Assembly (NCBI GenBank): GCA_965112735.1
Contig: OZ218957.1
Coordinates: forward strand, 2,232,001 to 2,296,000
DNA: 64,000 bases
Direction: 5' to 3'
Source: Phaeosaccion multiseriatum
Lineage: Eukaryota > Protista > Ochrophyta, other classes
The notes under the pieces are model-generated. The model ran no database searches. It was not told the origin of the DNA and saw only the letters and a list, made by a program, of their open reading frames with translations. Position numbers and translations under genes: made by a program. Of the stretch, positions 18,201 through 30,203 are shown piece by piece (the first letter of the stretch is position 1; each line of letters opens with the position of its first letter).

Positions 18201-21200
18201 GGAGGACGACGATGATAACGATTCGGAAACCCTCGCTCGCTTACGCCCCTTGCTGCTGCCGCCTCCTCCTCCGGAGAGTAAGGAAGGTGGTGGAGGGGAA
18301 GAGCTCGCACCCCCTCCCCTGCCGCTACCGCTGCTGCTACTGTTTTTAATGTTGCCCCTGTCGCTCTTTTGCTGCTGCTGCTGCTGCTGCTGCCCCAAGG
18401 ACAGTCCGTGCTCCCCCCCTCCGTAACCATTGTCATTCCCATTGCCCTTCTTCCTCCTCCGCCTCGCTTTGTTGGCCGCCGCCTTATTGTTCCTTCTCAG
18501 GTCCATCTCGAAGATGATATCCAACGCCTTCTTCTCGCGCTCCCGAAGTGCCATCTCCACCGCCTCCATCTTCTTGCGAGCCTGCATCGGGTTCAGATTG
18601 ACTGCTTCTCCTCCTCCCCCCCCTCCTCCTTCTCCTCCTGCTTTCCCCTTATCCTCCTCGGAGGTATCAAATACCATGGACGCCCCAGGAGGCGGAAACT
18701 CGTACTGGGTGCACACAACCATCTGCATCAGGCACCGCAGAGTGGGCATTTTCTCCCACAGCCACTGCCCAATCGTGGCAGGGTTGCTTGCCGCCATCAC
18801 CAGGCACAGCAAGCAGGCTCGCCAGAACGGATCGCTGTGCGCCATGGCGGGCAAAGGCGTCAGCGGAGGCGGGGGGGGAGGTGGAGGAGGAGGAGGAGGA
18901 GGAGGTGGAGGGGGGGAAGGGGTGGCAGTGGAGGTGGTGCCATCGTTGCCGTCATCGCTGTTGAGAAGCGACTCCATAGCCATCATCTTACGCGCCCTGT
19001 CCTTCCGCTGCTCTTGCTGCTGCGGCTGCTGAGGTTTTGCTGGTGCTGGTGCTGCGGTTGGTGCGCCCTGTGTGTGTGTGTGTGTGTGCGTGCGTGCGTT
19101 TGTGGTTGTGTGATGTTTTATGTGAGAAGAGCAAGGGGCGGAGGGCAGGGAACAGGTAGGCAAGGCCAAAGTTGAGTCACTTGAAGTGGGGGGGGGGAAC
19201 ACATGAGAAGGTGAGAGCGTAAAAGGATAGTGACAGCACTTAAGCTCGCGACCGACTGTAGGAGCGGCAGGACCCACGCCAACTTGAAGAAGAATATCGG
19301 GGGGGGGGGGGGGGGAGGTTGGACGGAGGGAGAGAAGGAGCGAGAGAGAGGCAGAGATGGATGAAAGAGAAAGCGAGGAGAGAGAGCGCGAAAATAGAGC
19401 GATCGAGAGAGAGAGAGTGACATATAGAGATAGAGGTTCGCCTCTTGTCTCGGCCCTTGATCAAGCCACTCACCTCAATGTCCATTCCTTCTCCCTCTCC
19501 TCCTCTCTGTGCACGCGCATCCTCTGCAGCCTCTGTGCTGCCCCCGCCCTGTGCCGCCGCCGCCTCCGACTTGCCCGCAACACCACTACCACCACCACCA
19601 CCACCACCACCACCATCGCCCATCGGCAGCGGCTTCTTCGACGAACCCCCTCCCATCTCCAGCAGCGCAGCAATAGCGAGGGACTCCACAGGCGCAGGCA
19701 CATGAACAGGCACAGACACAGGCGCTACAGGCCTTGCACGAGGGTCTTGGAAATTGTATCTGGCGAGCTTGAATAGAGCCTTGACAATCCTCACGTCGTC
19801 CATCCGCAGCAGCTGCTGCTGTTGTTGGCCTTGCTGCTTCGCCTTGTCCCCTTGCTCGGGCTGCTGCTTGCCTTCATCTTGCTGCTCTGCTGGCCCCCCT
19901 CCACTCCCCTCTCCCTCGCCCGCGGTTGCTGCTGGCCCAGAAGCCTCTCCCTTCTTCACCACCTCCTTGGCAATACTGCCCCCTCTCTGCGCGTGAACAC
20001 TGAGATGGGAGGGCCCCTTCTCTCGCCTCTTCTCCGAACGAGCAGCTCGCAGCACAAGCCCCTCGATGACCGAGATAATGTCCCTCGGCTCCAGAGGCAG
20101 CGACCCCCGCCTCAGATTCAGCATCGCCGCCATGCCCTTGCCCTCCAACGCCCCAACCGTCGCACACATGTCTAAAGCCTTTCTCATTGGTCGTTGCAGA
20201 GCTGCTGCCCTCGCTGCCCCCTCCGCCGCCGCCGCTGCCGTGCCCGCAGCCGCACCCGTGGTAGCAGTCCCTGCAGCCTGCCCTCCTGCCGCCGCTGCTG
20301 CTGCCTCCATCGCTTGCATCTCCGGGGTCTCCCCGGGGGGGGGTGCCAAGAAAGTGAGGCGCTGCAGCACGGTCAGCAGAAAGGTGGCGTTATCCGCCGC
20401 CGGAGGAGGAGGAGGAGAAGAAGAAGCCAATGTAACGTCGCTGCTGTTGTTTTCTGCGTCGCTGGAGTCAGTGATTGCCATTGCCCTCTTAGAACTCGGA
20501 GTCGGAGTGATGGGAGAGAAGTCAGAAGGAGAAGAGTATGCCCCTCCTGGGACGAAGGGGCCGCCGGACAAAAGCGAGGGGATGCTGCTGCCTGCTGTCG
20601 GAGGAGCAAAAGCTGCCCCAGCTGATGGGGCGCCACCCTTGCTGCTGCCGCTGGTGGTGGTTCTGCTGATGCTGGTGCTGGTGCTGCTGCTGCTGCCATC
20701 TGTTCCCTCCCTGTCCTTCTTCTCATCGTCCTTGAGAAGCAGCGGCAGAGACCGGCTGCACCATTGGAGACACACGCTCTGGACGGCCTGTGCGGTGGTG
20801 ATGAAGTCTCCCTCCACCCCCCACTGAGTCGCCTCTGCCGCCCGCTGCTGCAGCACCTCCTCTCCATTGACCCCGTTCACAAAGCTACCGCTCCTCTTCA
20901 GTCTTCCTCCTGCCCCACCACCACTCCTCGACCTCTTGCGATTGTGCAGAGGTGCCAAGCTCTTCGCCGTAGAGAGGGCGTCTGCTGCCTTCTTCCGGGC
21001 CTGCATGATGGTGGCAGCGTCTCGACTCGCTCGTGTCAGGACCGAGAGTCGCACGAGAGAGACGATGCGAAGTATGCACCGCTTCCGACGAGCCATGCCG
21101 AGAGCCACGATCCCTCTTCGTTCTGCTCCTCCGCCATCTGCTGCCTTCTCCCCCTCCGCCACACCCTCCATAACTCCATCCAACAAGCCCTTGACGAGTA

Positions 21201-23878
21201 GCAACAGGGCCTCCGTGGGGAGCTGAAGCCGCCCCGTGCCTCGAAACAGCGCCGCCTCCACCACCTTCGCGCTGGGACTGCTTACACCCCCTCCTCCTCC
21301 TCCTCCTCCGCCTCCCTCTCCGTCTTCTCCTTCTCCTCCTCCTCCTCCTCCTCCTCCTCCTCCTCCTCCTCCTCCTCCTCCTCCTGCCTCGCTCTCAAGG
21401 GTTAGCTCCACGAGAACCGCCGCGACGGCTTTGATCGCCCCCTCCGCCCCCACCGCACTCACCACCGATGCCATGGTACGCGCCCCAGTCGATGAGAAGC
21501 CCGCCTGCAACACTGATGCTCCACCTCCTCCTCCCCCTCCTCCTGCTGCTGCTGCCCCCCCTCCCCCTCCTCCTCCTGCTCCTCCTCCTCCTGCTCCTAT
21601 TTCTCCTCCCCCCCCCCCTCCTCCTCCTACTCCATCCGGCACAATTCCCCCTGCCCCTCGCACAGCCCACGTTTGATCCATAATGGCATGCTTCACCACT
21701 CTCCTGGCCAGCTCCGGATGGCGTTTCAGAAGAAGGAGTACCGCCTCTGCATGCACGTCGACTTGGGAGACCTTGGGGCGGAGGCTCAGAATGCGATCAA
21801 CCACGCACTGATCTTCGACGAGTGCTTCCCCCTGGACAGCCTCTGCCAAGGCCACAAGCAGCAGCTTGCCGTAGCGAGACAGGGCGGCGCTTTGCATCCA
21901 CTGCTGGAGACTCTCGGCCGACAAGGCCCTGGAGGCTGGAAGGGGGGCGGTCTCAACGAAGGTCAGCACCAGCTGCCAAGCCGTACCTCCCCCGGAGGAG
22001 CCACCCGTGCCACCACTACCACTGCTGCTGCTACTGCCGCCGCCACCCCCGCCCCCGCCGCTACTTCCCATGCCCCCACCGCCCCCTCCACCGCCGCTGC
22101 TGCCTCTGCTGAGGAGCCCCATGCCACCACCGCCACCCACACCGCCGCTGATGCTTCTACCGCCCAGTCCAATGCCTCCACCACCAGAAATGCCGCCACT
22201 GCCGCTACTACTACTACTGCCACTGCTGTCTTTCAGTGCCTTGGATCGCGTCTCTAGCGCTTGTATCACCACTTGCTGTGCCTCGCGCAAGCTCCCATGA
22301 AACCGATCAGGAGGAGGTGTGCTGCTCCCCTCTGGAGCCGCCGACGGTGCAGAGGTGGAGGGCAGCAAGGACGCCTGAGCTGGCACCTCGAAGGCTCGCC
22401 ACGCCGCATCGTATCCCTCTCCCTCGACCTGAGGCTGGGAGAGCGCACGACGATGCCCACCTGCTGTAGGAGGGTTTGTGTTAGACGTGCCGGCGCCGCC
22501 GCCACCGGCCTTTGGTGACGTGAATCCCACCACTCCGGCCTCTACCACCACCTCTTCCTCGTCACCGGAAGACTCTTCCGAGTCAGATCCAGCGGCGGCA
22601 GCGGCGGCGGCAGCGGCGGCAGCAGAGGGGCCCATCTGTATGGCCACAGGAGCAGCGGCGGAAAGGCTTGGTTGCCGCGGTCTCTCCTCCATTTCTTCAT
22701 CCTCGTCCTCATCCTCCCCCTGCTGAGCTTTCCCCTTGTCCCCCTTGCCCTTACTGTCCTTGGTTACCATGACATCTACGACGGGATTCTCCTTCTCTTT
22801 CTCTTTCTCTTTCTCCGCCTCTTCCTTCGGATCCCACGCGGTTCTCAGGCCCGCAACGAGCGCGGCGCAGGCTGGATGGGCTACCCAATTCCTCGCGCGG
22901 AGGGCATCTTCCATGTAGCAAGCGAGCAGCCCGTGCGGCCACTCTTTGACTCTTCCGAGGCTGCTCGTAATCACAGAGGCAGCCAATGCCTGCTCCGGCC
23001 GTGGAGGGGCCGCCGCATCCGCCGCCATGGCCCCCCTCTGCGATTGCGAGGCTCGCTTGTCAATCTCTCCCCTCAGCAGCGTGCACACCGAGTGGAGTAC
23101 CTCTCCGTTCCAAAAGGCGTGGGGGCGCTCTCTCGCAAAGGCGCGCAGAGCAGCGGCGCAGCTCCCCTTTGGGGGCAGTGAGTCCATTCTCTGTCTCTGC
23201 TGCTGCTCCTCTCGCCGCTTTTGTGGAGTGCTAGGGGCATGTTGATGTAGGCCCGGCGATCGAGACTGGAGGGCGGGGGGTCGGGGGGGAGGAAAGGCGA
23301 AGGGAGGAGGCATGTACAGAGGCGATGGTGAATGAGGAGCATGGCGGTTTAGGGCAGAGCACGGCCATGCCTTCCGGAAGGATAGACAGCGAGTGTTCGC
23401 CCTGGGGCTTGTGCTTCTCGTGAGAGGAGATGCAAGCCCATGATGGATGATCTGACACGTTTCTCCTCCTCGTATGACTCCACCTTCCCCTCTCCCTCCA
23501 TTTCGAAGGCTGGTCTACGACCCTCGACCCCTACTGCCCAGCAGGCAAATCCAATCCAATGTATTTCCCTCTACTCCTGAGACTTGAGAGACTTACATCA
23601 TTCTTCGAGGCCTTCTTGTCGGCCACACGCTGAACAAGGTCCTTGACAAGGGCCACATAGCGCGCGCTGCACGCCACAGGGGCCACCTCAAGGCCGCTTG
23701 CAGGGGAGGGAGGCGGGGGGCAGAGGCTGCGCAGCTGCTGACACAGCTCCTCTTCCACGGCGTTGAGCGGCCGCTGCTCTTCCTCCTCTCGTGCTTCCTG
23801 TCGCTTCCCTCGGCTTGCAGCGCCAGAGCGATCGCTGCCAATGCCGGTTGCGCTTCCTCTCCCGCCAATCGGAGTCAT
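11346..23878 (-). CDS. INTS1: Integrator complex subunit 1-like, ~3,900 aa (exons ~23878-23597, 23265-19474, 19067-11346)
   Basis: INTS1 blocks in order: WPHGLLACYMEDALRARNWVAHPAC, ASNPATIGQWLWEKMPTLRCLMQMVVCTQYEFPP, LDLQQAPRSPPPWVLTQLKELDEELAIGARLRRCTEPDFI, QRHPVVMLRR, LEALELL. Both proposed introns are GT-AG and phase 0, joining the ORFs in frame. The first exon is less certain. Confidence 0.88.
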
Positions 23879-24252
23879 GGGTTGTGAAGAGGAGGTGGGA
23901 ATGCACACCGCCCCCGGTTTTATTTAATCTTCAGCTGCGGGCAGGCCTGCACCCACGCATACAAGAGAATCCCATGCACGCCATGCTGCAACAATAAACC
24001 TCTCAACGTGCCTCTCTCTCTCTAACGAGGATCGATCATTGAGAAAAGGAGGCATATGGGCCGCTGGTTGGCGATAGTGGATTGCTAAAAGCGTGTAACA
24101 ACTTTTTCTCCTTTTTCTCTCCTTTCTCCCGACCTTCCTCTCTCTTCTCTACCCCTTTCTTCTCTCTCTTCTCCTCTGCTGGTGTGTAAAGGATGCTGTG
24201 AAGTAGCAGGGGGGGATCAGCAGAACGTAGCATCAGCGGTCCCGAGCGCAAC

Positions 24253-26064
24253 ATGGGCGAGGAGTACAGCCACAGCTGGAAGGCGATGCGCAGTGAGGTA
24301 TCGGTAGGGGCCGAATCGCAGCCACACTCACAGAGCTACCGATCCCGAAGCGATAGGCCGGGCCTGGATTCAACACAGGGCCATCTGCAGAGCTTGTTCC
24401 AGGCCTCTGCTACCTCGGGCGTGGCGACGGCCGGAAACGAGGGGGCGTTCCATACAGGAACGTCGGCAGTGTGCTCCCTGAGGGCATCCGCCCCAGCCAA
24501 GCGGAGGCGACCGCGACCAGAGGCCTTCTCAGTCAGCTATGGCACGTCGCTGGTAAGCAGATAGGATAAAAGAGGAGAGGCGAGGGAGAAGGATGAGAGA
24601 GGGGAAAGGAAGTCGAAGAGAGGGAAAGGGAGTGAAACGAGCAGGAGGAGCGCAGCTTCTACCGCATTGAATACTGACTGCTACCGCATTGAATACTGAC
24701 TAGCTCTCCTCTGTATTTACAGGACCGCTACGACGGTGCCCGAAGCAGCCACATGGGGCCCACCACCTACGACCTCAAGACACTCATGCAGCTCCGCATG
24801 GAGCGACCCCACACCCTTGGAAAGATCCCTGGAGGGCCCTTCGGCGTAGTCAGCCGCCCTACGCTGAGAAGCTCCTGGCTGCCTCCCAACGTCGCTCCAG
24901 GCTCGTACGACCTCAGGCCCAGCACGACTGCATTCATACCCCGCGCCGAGGCAGGGCGGAAGCTGCCCGGCTCGGTCGTTGGATCGGCCTCCTTCCTCAG
25001 TTCGGGACGGGACAAGGTACCGTAATAGGTTGTCGAAGATTTGGTGAAAGATCGTCACACAGCAACACTAGCTTATGGTGCCTGCTGCTTGACTTGTCTC
25101 GGTTTCTCCTCTCTCGCTCATGATGTAACTTCCCCCCCCTTCCTTCCCACCTACCTGCCTACCTACCTACCTACCTACCTACCTACCTACCTATCCACCT
25201 ACCTACCTACCTACCTACCTACCTACCTACCTACCTACCTACCTACCTACCTTCCTACCTGGCCCATTTACGTGCCCTACCTCGACACTTCGAGAGAGAG
25301 GGAGGGAGGGGGAGAGAGAGTGTGTGTGTATGAGAGAGATGGAGAAAGAGAGAAGAGTCAGAGAGAGTCCAATTTCCCTCCACCTCCTTCCTGCCCCTTA
25401 CCCGCACCCTTTTCCCGCACACACTCCCAACTCCACACAACACACACGACCCCGTAATACCACGATCCTCCCCAACCCCGAAAAGGACATGATGCCGGAC
25501 GCGGAGCGATTTCAGACGCAGCAGCCCCTCTCCAACCTGGATCCGACGACGTACAGCATCCCCACGACCTTTCAGGAGCAAAAGGCGCTGAGGAAACTCA
25601 TCTCTCAGCACGAGCAGACTGAGAAGATGCGCGAGCTAAGCACCCAAAGCTTTCTGGCCTCGCAGCAGTTGGTGGTACAGCAGCATCAGCACCCCCATGG
25701 CACTGTTGACTCCGGGGGGGGGGGCGGCGCTGGCGTTGGCGCTTGTGGGGGGCGGGGCAGCGGGCCCTTAGCGGGTAGTGGTGCTTCATCAGTGGGCTTC
25801 GGGAGTGCTGGAGGAGGACGAGGCCCTTCTATGCGTGTTGGTGATACGGGGGGCAAAGGAATGCCTGTCGAGCGGCCGTCCTCCAGTTGTCACTTGGGCT
25901 CGTCGCAAGGGCTGTGGCGAGAACAGAGTCAACAGATCTCCGCCGTGAGAGAAAGCAACCGCAAGAAGCAGCGGCAGCGGCTGTTAACAACGCAGAACCC
26001 TGCGTTGGAGCGCCGCCAGGAGATCTTGGCCGTGCGGTCTCTGCCGATGCAAGTCATACACTGA
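24253..26064 (+). CDS. Hypothetical protein with sperm-tail PG-rich (STPG/ODF3-like) repeats, possibly axonemal (exons ~24253-24552, 24723-25016, 25486-26064)
   Basis: Three in-frame GT-AG exons. Motifs GPTTYD, APGSYD and DPTTYS resemble PGP-x-Y repeats. Divergent from INTS1. Confidence 0.5.
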
Positions 26065-27689
26065 CTGATGGACGATAATTTGGTTTGGACTCTTGTACAC
26101 TAAAGAATACAAGCGAGAGTCTTGTCTTACGGGAATCAACCCAAGAATTACGTGTGTGTGAGGGGAAGGTATTATATGCACCCTTTGGTGCCATCTGTGC
26201 TGCCTCAAAGGGACTCGTTTTGAACGCGCCGGGGTTTAATCCCCGAACGCGTCAGTCTCCTCCGAGCGAAGCAAAGGGGCGCAGTGGATGCCCTGCGAGT
26301 GTCCTATATAGACCGCTGAAGACCCACAGCCAGCCGGCGTCTGATTGCCCCAATTGCCCCCATAGCACGTGCATAGAGACCACTAACTCCTCCCTCCCTT
26401 CTCTCCCTCCGGGGCGCAAATAGCTTGACGCTTTCGCCGCCTTATCACTCGCCTATTTATCATTTATATACTTTTCCACAAATACTTACTTAATGAGCTG
26501 GTGCGAGTCATGAACTTTCGCAAATTGCTCTTACGACTCGCCCATGGTACAATGGTGCGCGCCAAGCTTCACCGCGGCGAAGAAAGGCAGGCGATGAGGC
26601 GGACGGCTTCGCGTCACTACATCCCCAGTCCCGAGGTATCAGCACCAGCACACGCCCCTGCCACGCCCCCCACACGCACGCACGCTCGCAGCGCCTTCCG
26701 TCCCCGCCTCTTCTTCTCACTCGCCACCACCATGCTCTCCTCCAGCACCTCCCACTCGTCCTGCTGCTTCTCGTCATCCTCATTACCCCCTGCTCCTCCT
26801 GAGCGATAGCGCTGGTAGGCAGACACAAAGCCTCGAATCGTGTTCTCCAGGCTGGCCCCCTTCCTCTTGGTGCGGACAGCGTAGTGGGGCAGCAGCAACA
26901 CCTTACTCTGCCCCACATACACCACCACGCCATTCGACAGCTCCCTATCCCGGTGGCCCCAGCAGGCTATGGCAGCGTCGGCAGCAGCATCTTCCAGCTC
27001 TCTCCACAGACCATTGGGAAGCTGAATCTCATCCCCGACATGAAGCCCCAGCCTCGCAAGCAAACCTACTCCATCCCCATCCTCCTCCGCTGCTTCCTTC
27101 TCTTCCTGCTGCCTCTCCCCTCCCTCAACTGAAGGGGGGCATTTCGCCCTCTTCCTTCCTCTCGTATCGATGTCGGTGGCAGCTCCTCGCTTGGGTTTAG
27201 GCGTGCACTGGGCAATCTCCGTCTGCTCCGCTCCGTCCCTTTTCATTCGAGCATGGCGTGTACACATCCCACCACATCCACCTTTTGCTTGCTTCTCACA
27301 CTCCTCCACAGTACAAGTCTTTCTCACAGCCCCATGCCTAGTGCACAATCCTCCCTGCCTCGACTGCTTCTCACACCCCTCCACAGTACACGTCTTTCTC
27401 ACAGCCCCATGCCTAGTGCACAATCCTCCCTGCTGCGAATGCTTCTCACACCCCTCCACAGTACACGTCTTAGGTATCTTCACACCTCCGTGCCTAATGC
27501 ATAATCCTCCTTGGACCCGATGCTTCTCACACCCCTCCACAGTACACGTCTTTCTCACAGCCCCATGCCTAATGCAAAATCCTCCTTGGACCCGCTGCTT
27601 CTCACACCCCTCGACAGTACACATAAAACGCATTGTCACAGCTCCGTGCCTAGTGCACAATCCTCCCTGCTGTGACTGCTTCTCACACC

Positions 27690-27943
27690 GCCTTGTCACC
27701 CGCACCACCCACAGCAGGATAGTTCACATATCACCTCCACCACCTCACTCCTTCCCACACCCCTTCATCTCCTCCTCCCCCCTTCACTCCCTTCCCATTC
27801 CCCATTATCCTCTACTCTACCACCCTTACCATCCTCTTCCCCTCCACATCACGCTCCATCAATACCACACATACACACATCTACACATGGTTACAACTTA
27901 CCTCGAGCGCTCCAATACTGAGCCCATAAGCTCTAATATACAT
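27690..27943 (+). mobile_element. CRE-like non-LTR retrotransposon, 5'-truncated copy 1 (~254 bp, 3' UTR only)
   Basis: Matches the 3' end of copy 4, ends ...GCTCTAATATACAT, and is flanked by the duplicated target CTCACACC. Confidence 0.85.
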
Positions 27944-28030
27944 CTCACACCCCTCCACAGTACACGTCTTTCTCACAGCTCCATGCCTAGTGCACAATCC
28001 TCCCTGCTTCGACTGCTTCTCACACCCCTC

Positions 28031-28396
28031 GACTGGGGGCTCATGGGAGCCATCGACGGAGCGGCCGCCTGAGGAGCAGGAGTACACCAGCCAGCAGACA
28101 GCGAGACCATCAGCACACAGCATAGCAACCACAGTTAGTCACGCCTTGTCACCCGCACCACCCCCAGTAGGATAGTTCACATATCACCTCCACCACCTCA
28201 CTCCTTCCCACACCCCTTCATCTCCTCCTCCCCCCCTCACTCCCTTCCCATTCCCCATTATCCTCTACTCTACCACCCTTACCATCCTCTTCCCCTCCAC
28301 ATCACGCTCCATCAATACCACACATACACGCATCTACACATGGTTACAACTTACCTCGAGCGCTCCAATACTGAGCCCATAAGCTCTAATATACAT
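28031..28396 (+). mobile_element. CRE-like non-LTR retrotransposon, 5'-truncated copy 2 (~366 bp)
   Basis: Same 3' end; flanked by CTCACACCCCTC(GAC); 5' junction has microhomology CCCTCGAC. Confidence 0.85.
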
Positions 28397-28487
28397 CTCA
28401 CACCCCTCGACAGTACACGTCTTACGTATGCGCACAGCTCCATGCCTAATGCACAATCCTCCTTGGACCTGATGCTTCTCACACCCC

Positions 28488-29063
28488 CACCAAACGGACG
28501 AGCTCATCGAGGCGATGGCCATCCACAAGGCATCAAGAGGGCTCGGCCCCGCAGCGGCGGCAGCCACGGGCCCCATCAAGGGCCTCCTGCGCCAACAACT
28601 GTCCCTCGCCCTTCAACGCGCCCTCTCACAGCGGGAGATCAGGTATGGCACCCTCCTTCGAGCCACGATGACGCAGCACGAAGCAGCAGAAACCCTCGAC
28701 TGGGGGCTCATGGGAGCCATCGACGGAGCGGCCGCCTGAGGAGCAGGAGTACACCAGCCAGCAGACAGCGAGACCATCAGCACACAGCATAGCAACCACA
28801 GTTAGTCACGCCTTGTCACCCGCACCACCCCCAGTAGGATAGTTCACATATCACCTCCACCACCTCACTCCTTCCCACCCCCCTTCATCTCCTCCTCCCC
28901 CCCTCACTCCCTTCCCATTCCCCATTATCCTCTACTCTACCACCCTTACCATCCTCTTCCCCTCCACATCACGCTCCATCAATACCACACATACACGCAT
29001 CTACACATGGTTACAACTTACCTCGAGCGCTCCAATACTGAGCCCATAAGCTCTAATATACAT
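28488..29063 (+). mobile_element. CRE-like non-LTR retrotransposon, 5'-truncated copy 3 (~576 bp)
   Basis: Same 3' end; flanked by CTCACACCCC; includes the ORF tail HQTDELIEAM...DGAAA*. Confidence 0.85.
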
Positions 29064-29075
29064 CTCACACCCCTC

Positions 29076-29879
29076 GGAGCGCTCCCCCACGGCCACAACA
29101 CCATGGCCCCCGCAGAATGGACCATGGCCCTTCGTCGCAACCTCGGTGTCAACACACCATACGCGGACCCGCCCCCACCCTGCCTCGGCACAGGCTGCGC
29201 CCGCACGGCAAGCACCACCCACGCCACCATCTGCCCCCGCACCGGCCTCCACAACCACACACACCACCTCCTCGTCAAGGCCTTTGGGAGGATGATGCAC
29301 AGCGTGGGCATAGGCGGAGCACGAGTAGAGGACCAGACCTGCTTCGACGGCCCCACGGGCACCCGAGCAGGCCGAGACCTACGCATGGACCTGACCTATC
29401 CCGCAGGTAGCTTCCCGGGAGCGGACGCACCCCTGCGGAGAAACCTCCTCTGCGACATCACCGTCACCAACCCCACCGCCCCCACCCACGTGGGACGGGC
29501 CTCCACCACGCCAGGCCACGCAGCAGCCGCCGCCGAAGAGCGCAAGCGCACGCACTACCTGGGCAGTTTTCTGCCCGGGACTTCAACCCTGAAGTGCATT
29601 GCAATCGAGACGTACGGCAGACTGGGCCACCAAACGGACGAGCTCATCGAGGCGATGGCCATCCACAAGGCATCAAGAGGGCTCGGCCCCGCAGCGGCGG
29701 CAGCCACGGGCCCCATCAAGGGCCTCCTGCGCCAACAACTGTCCCTCGCCCTTCAACGCGCCCTCTCACAGCGGGAGATCAGGTATGGCACCCTCCTTCG
29801 AGCCACGATGACGCAGCACGAAGCAGCAGAAACCCTCGACTGGGGGCTCATGGGAGCCATCGACGGAGCGGCTGCCTGA
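29076..29879 (+). CDS. C-terminal fragment of the retrotransposon ORF: CCHC zinc knuckle and RLE (PD-(D/E)xK) endonuclease; RT domain lost by truncation
   Basis: ALRRNLG; C-x4-C-x7-H-x3-C (CLGTGCARTASTTHATIC); RMD...CDITVTNP; AAAAEERKRTHY; IAIETYGRLG; QQLSLALQR. This is the motif order of CRE/SLACS/Cnl1-type RLE elements. Confidence 0.85.
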   Translation, partial: GALPHGHNTMAPAEWTMALRRNLGVNTPYADPPPPCLGTGCARTASTTHATICPRTGLHNHTHHLLVKAFGRMMHSVGIGGARVEDQTCFDGPTGTRAGRDLRMDLTYPAGSFPGADAPLRRNLLCDITVTNPTAPTHVGRASTTPGHAAAAAEERKRTHYLGSFLPGTSTLKCIAIETYGRLGHQTDELIEAMAIHKASRGLGPAAAAATGPIKGLLRQQLSLALQRALSQREIRYGTLLRATMTQHEAAETLDWGLMGAIDGAAA

Positions 29880-30203
29880 GGAGTAGGAGTACACCAGCCA
29901 GCAGACAGCGAGACCATCAGCACACAGCATAGCAACCACAGTTAGTCACGCCTTGTCACCCGCACCACCCACAGCAGGATAGTTCACATATCACCTCCAC
30001 CACCTCACTCCTTCCCACACCCCTTCATCTCCTCATCCCCCCTTCACTCCCTTCCCATTCCCCATTATCCTCTACTCTACCACCCTTACCATCCTCTTCC
30101 CCTCCACATCACGCTCCATCAATACCACACATACACACATCTACACATGGTTACAACTTACCTCGAGCGCTCCAATACTGAGCCCATAAGCTCTAATATA
30201 CAT
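29076..30203 (+). mobile_element. CRE-like non-LTR retrotransposon, 5'-truncated copy 4 (~1.13 kb) with zinc knuckle and restriction-like endonuclease
   Basis: Flanked by the 12-bp duplication CTCACACCCCTC (29064-29075 and 30204-30215); ORF remnant followed by a 324-bp G-poor 3' UTR. Confidence 0.9.

Noticed and set aside
24659-24702. 22-bp direct duplication CTACCGCATTGAATACTGACT
   Set aside because: A two-copy local slippage within an intron, with nothing inserted between the copies.
29007-29075. ATG start of the 290-aa ORF 29007-29879
   Set aside because: The first ~23 codons come from the 3' UTR of copy 3 plus the target duplication. This is a chance in-frame fusion, not the element's real start.
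30151-30203. U1 snRNA-like 5' end (ACTTACCT) at the element's 3' end
   Set aside because: Only 8 nt match, with no U1 stem-loops or Sm site; better read as an antisense splice donor.
27690-30203. LTR retrotransposon with the repeated 3' segments as LTRs
   Set aside because: The repeats have nested 5' truncations, individual target duplications, no TG...CA ends, and an RLE-type ORF, all indicating non-LTR insertions.
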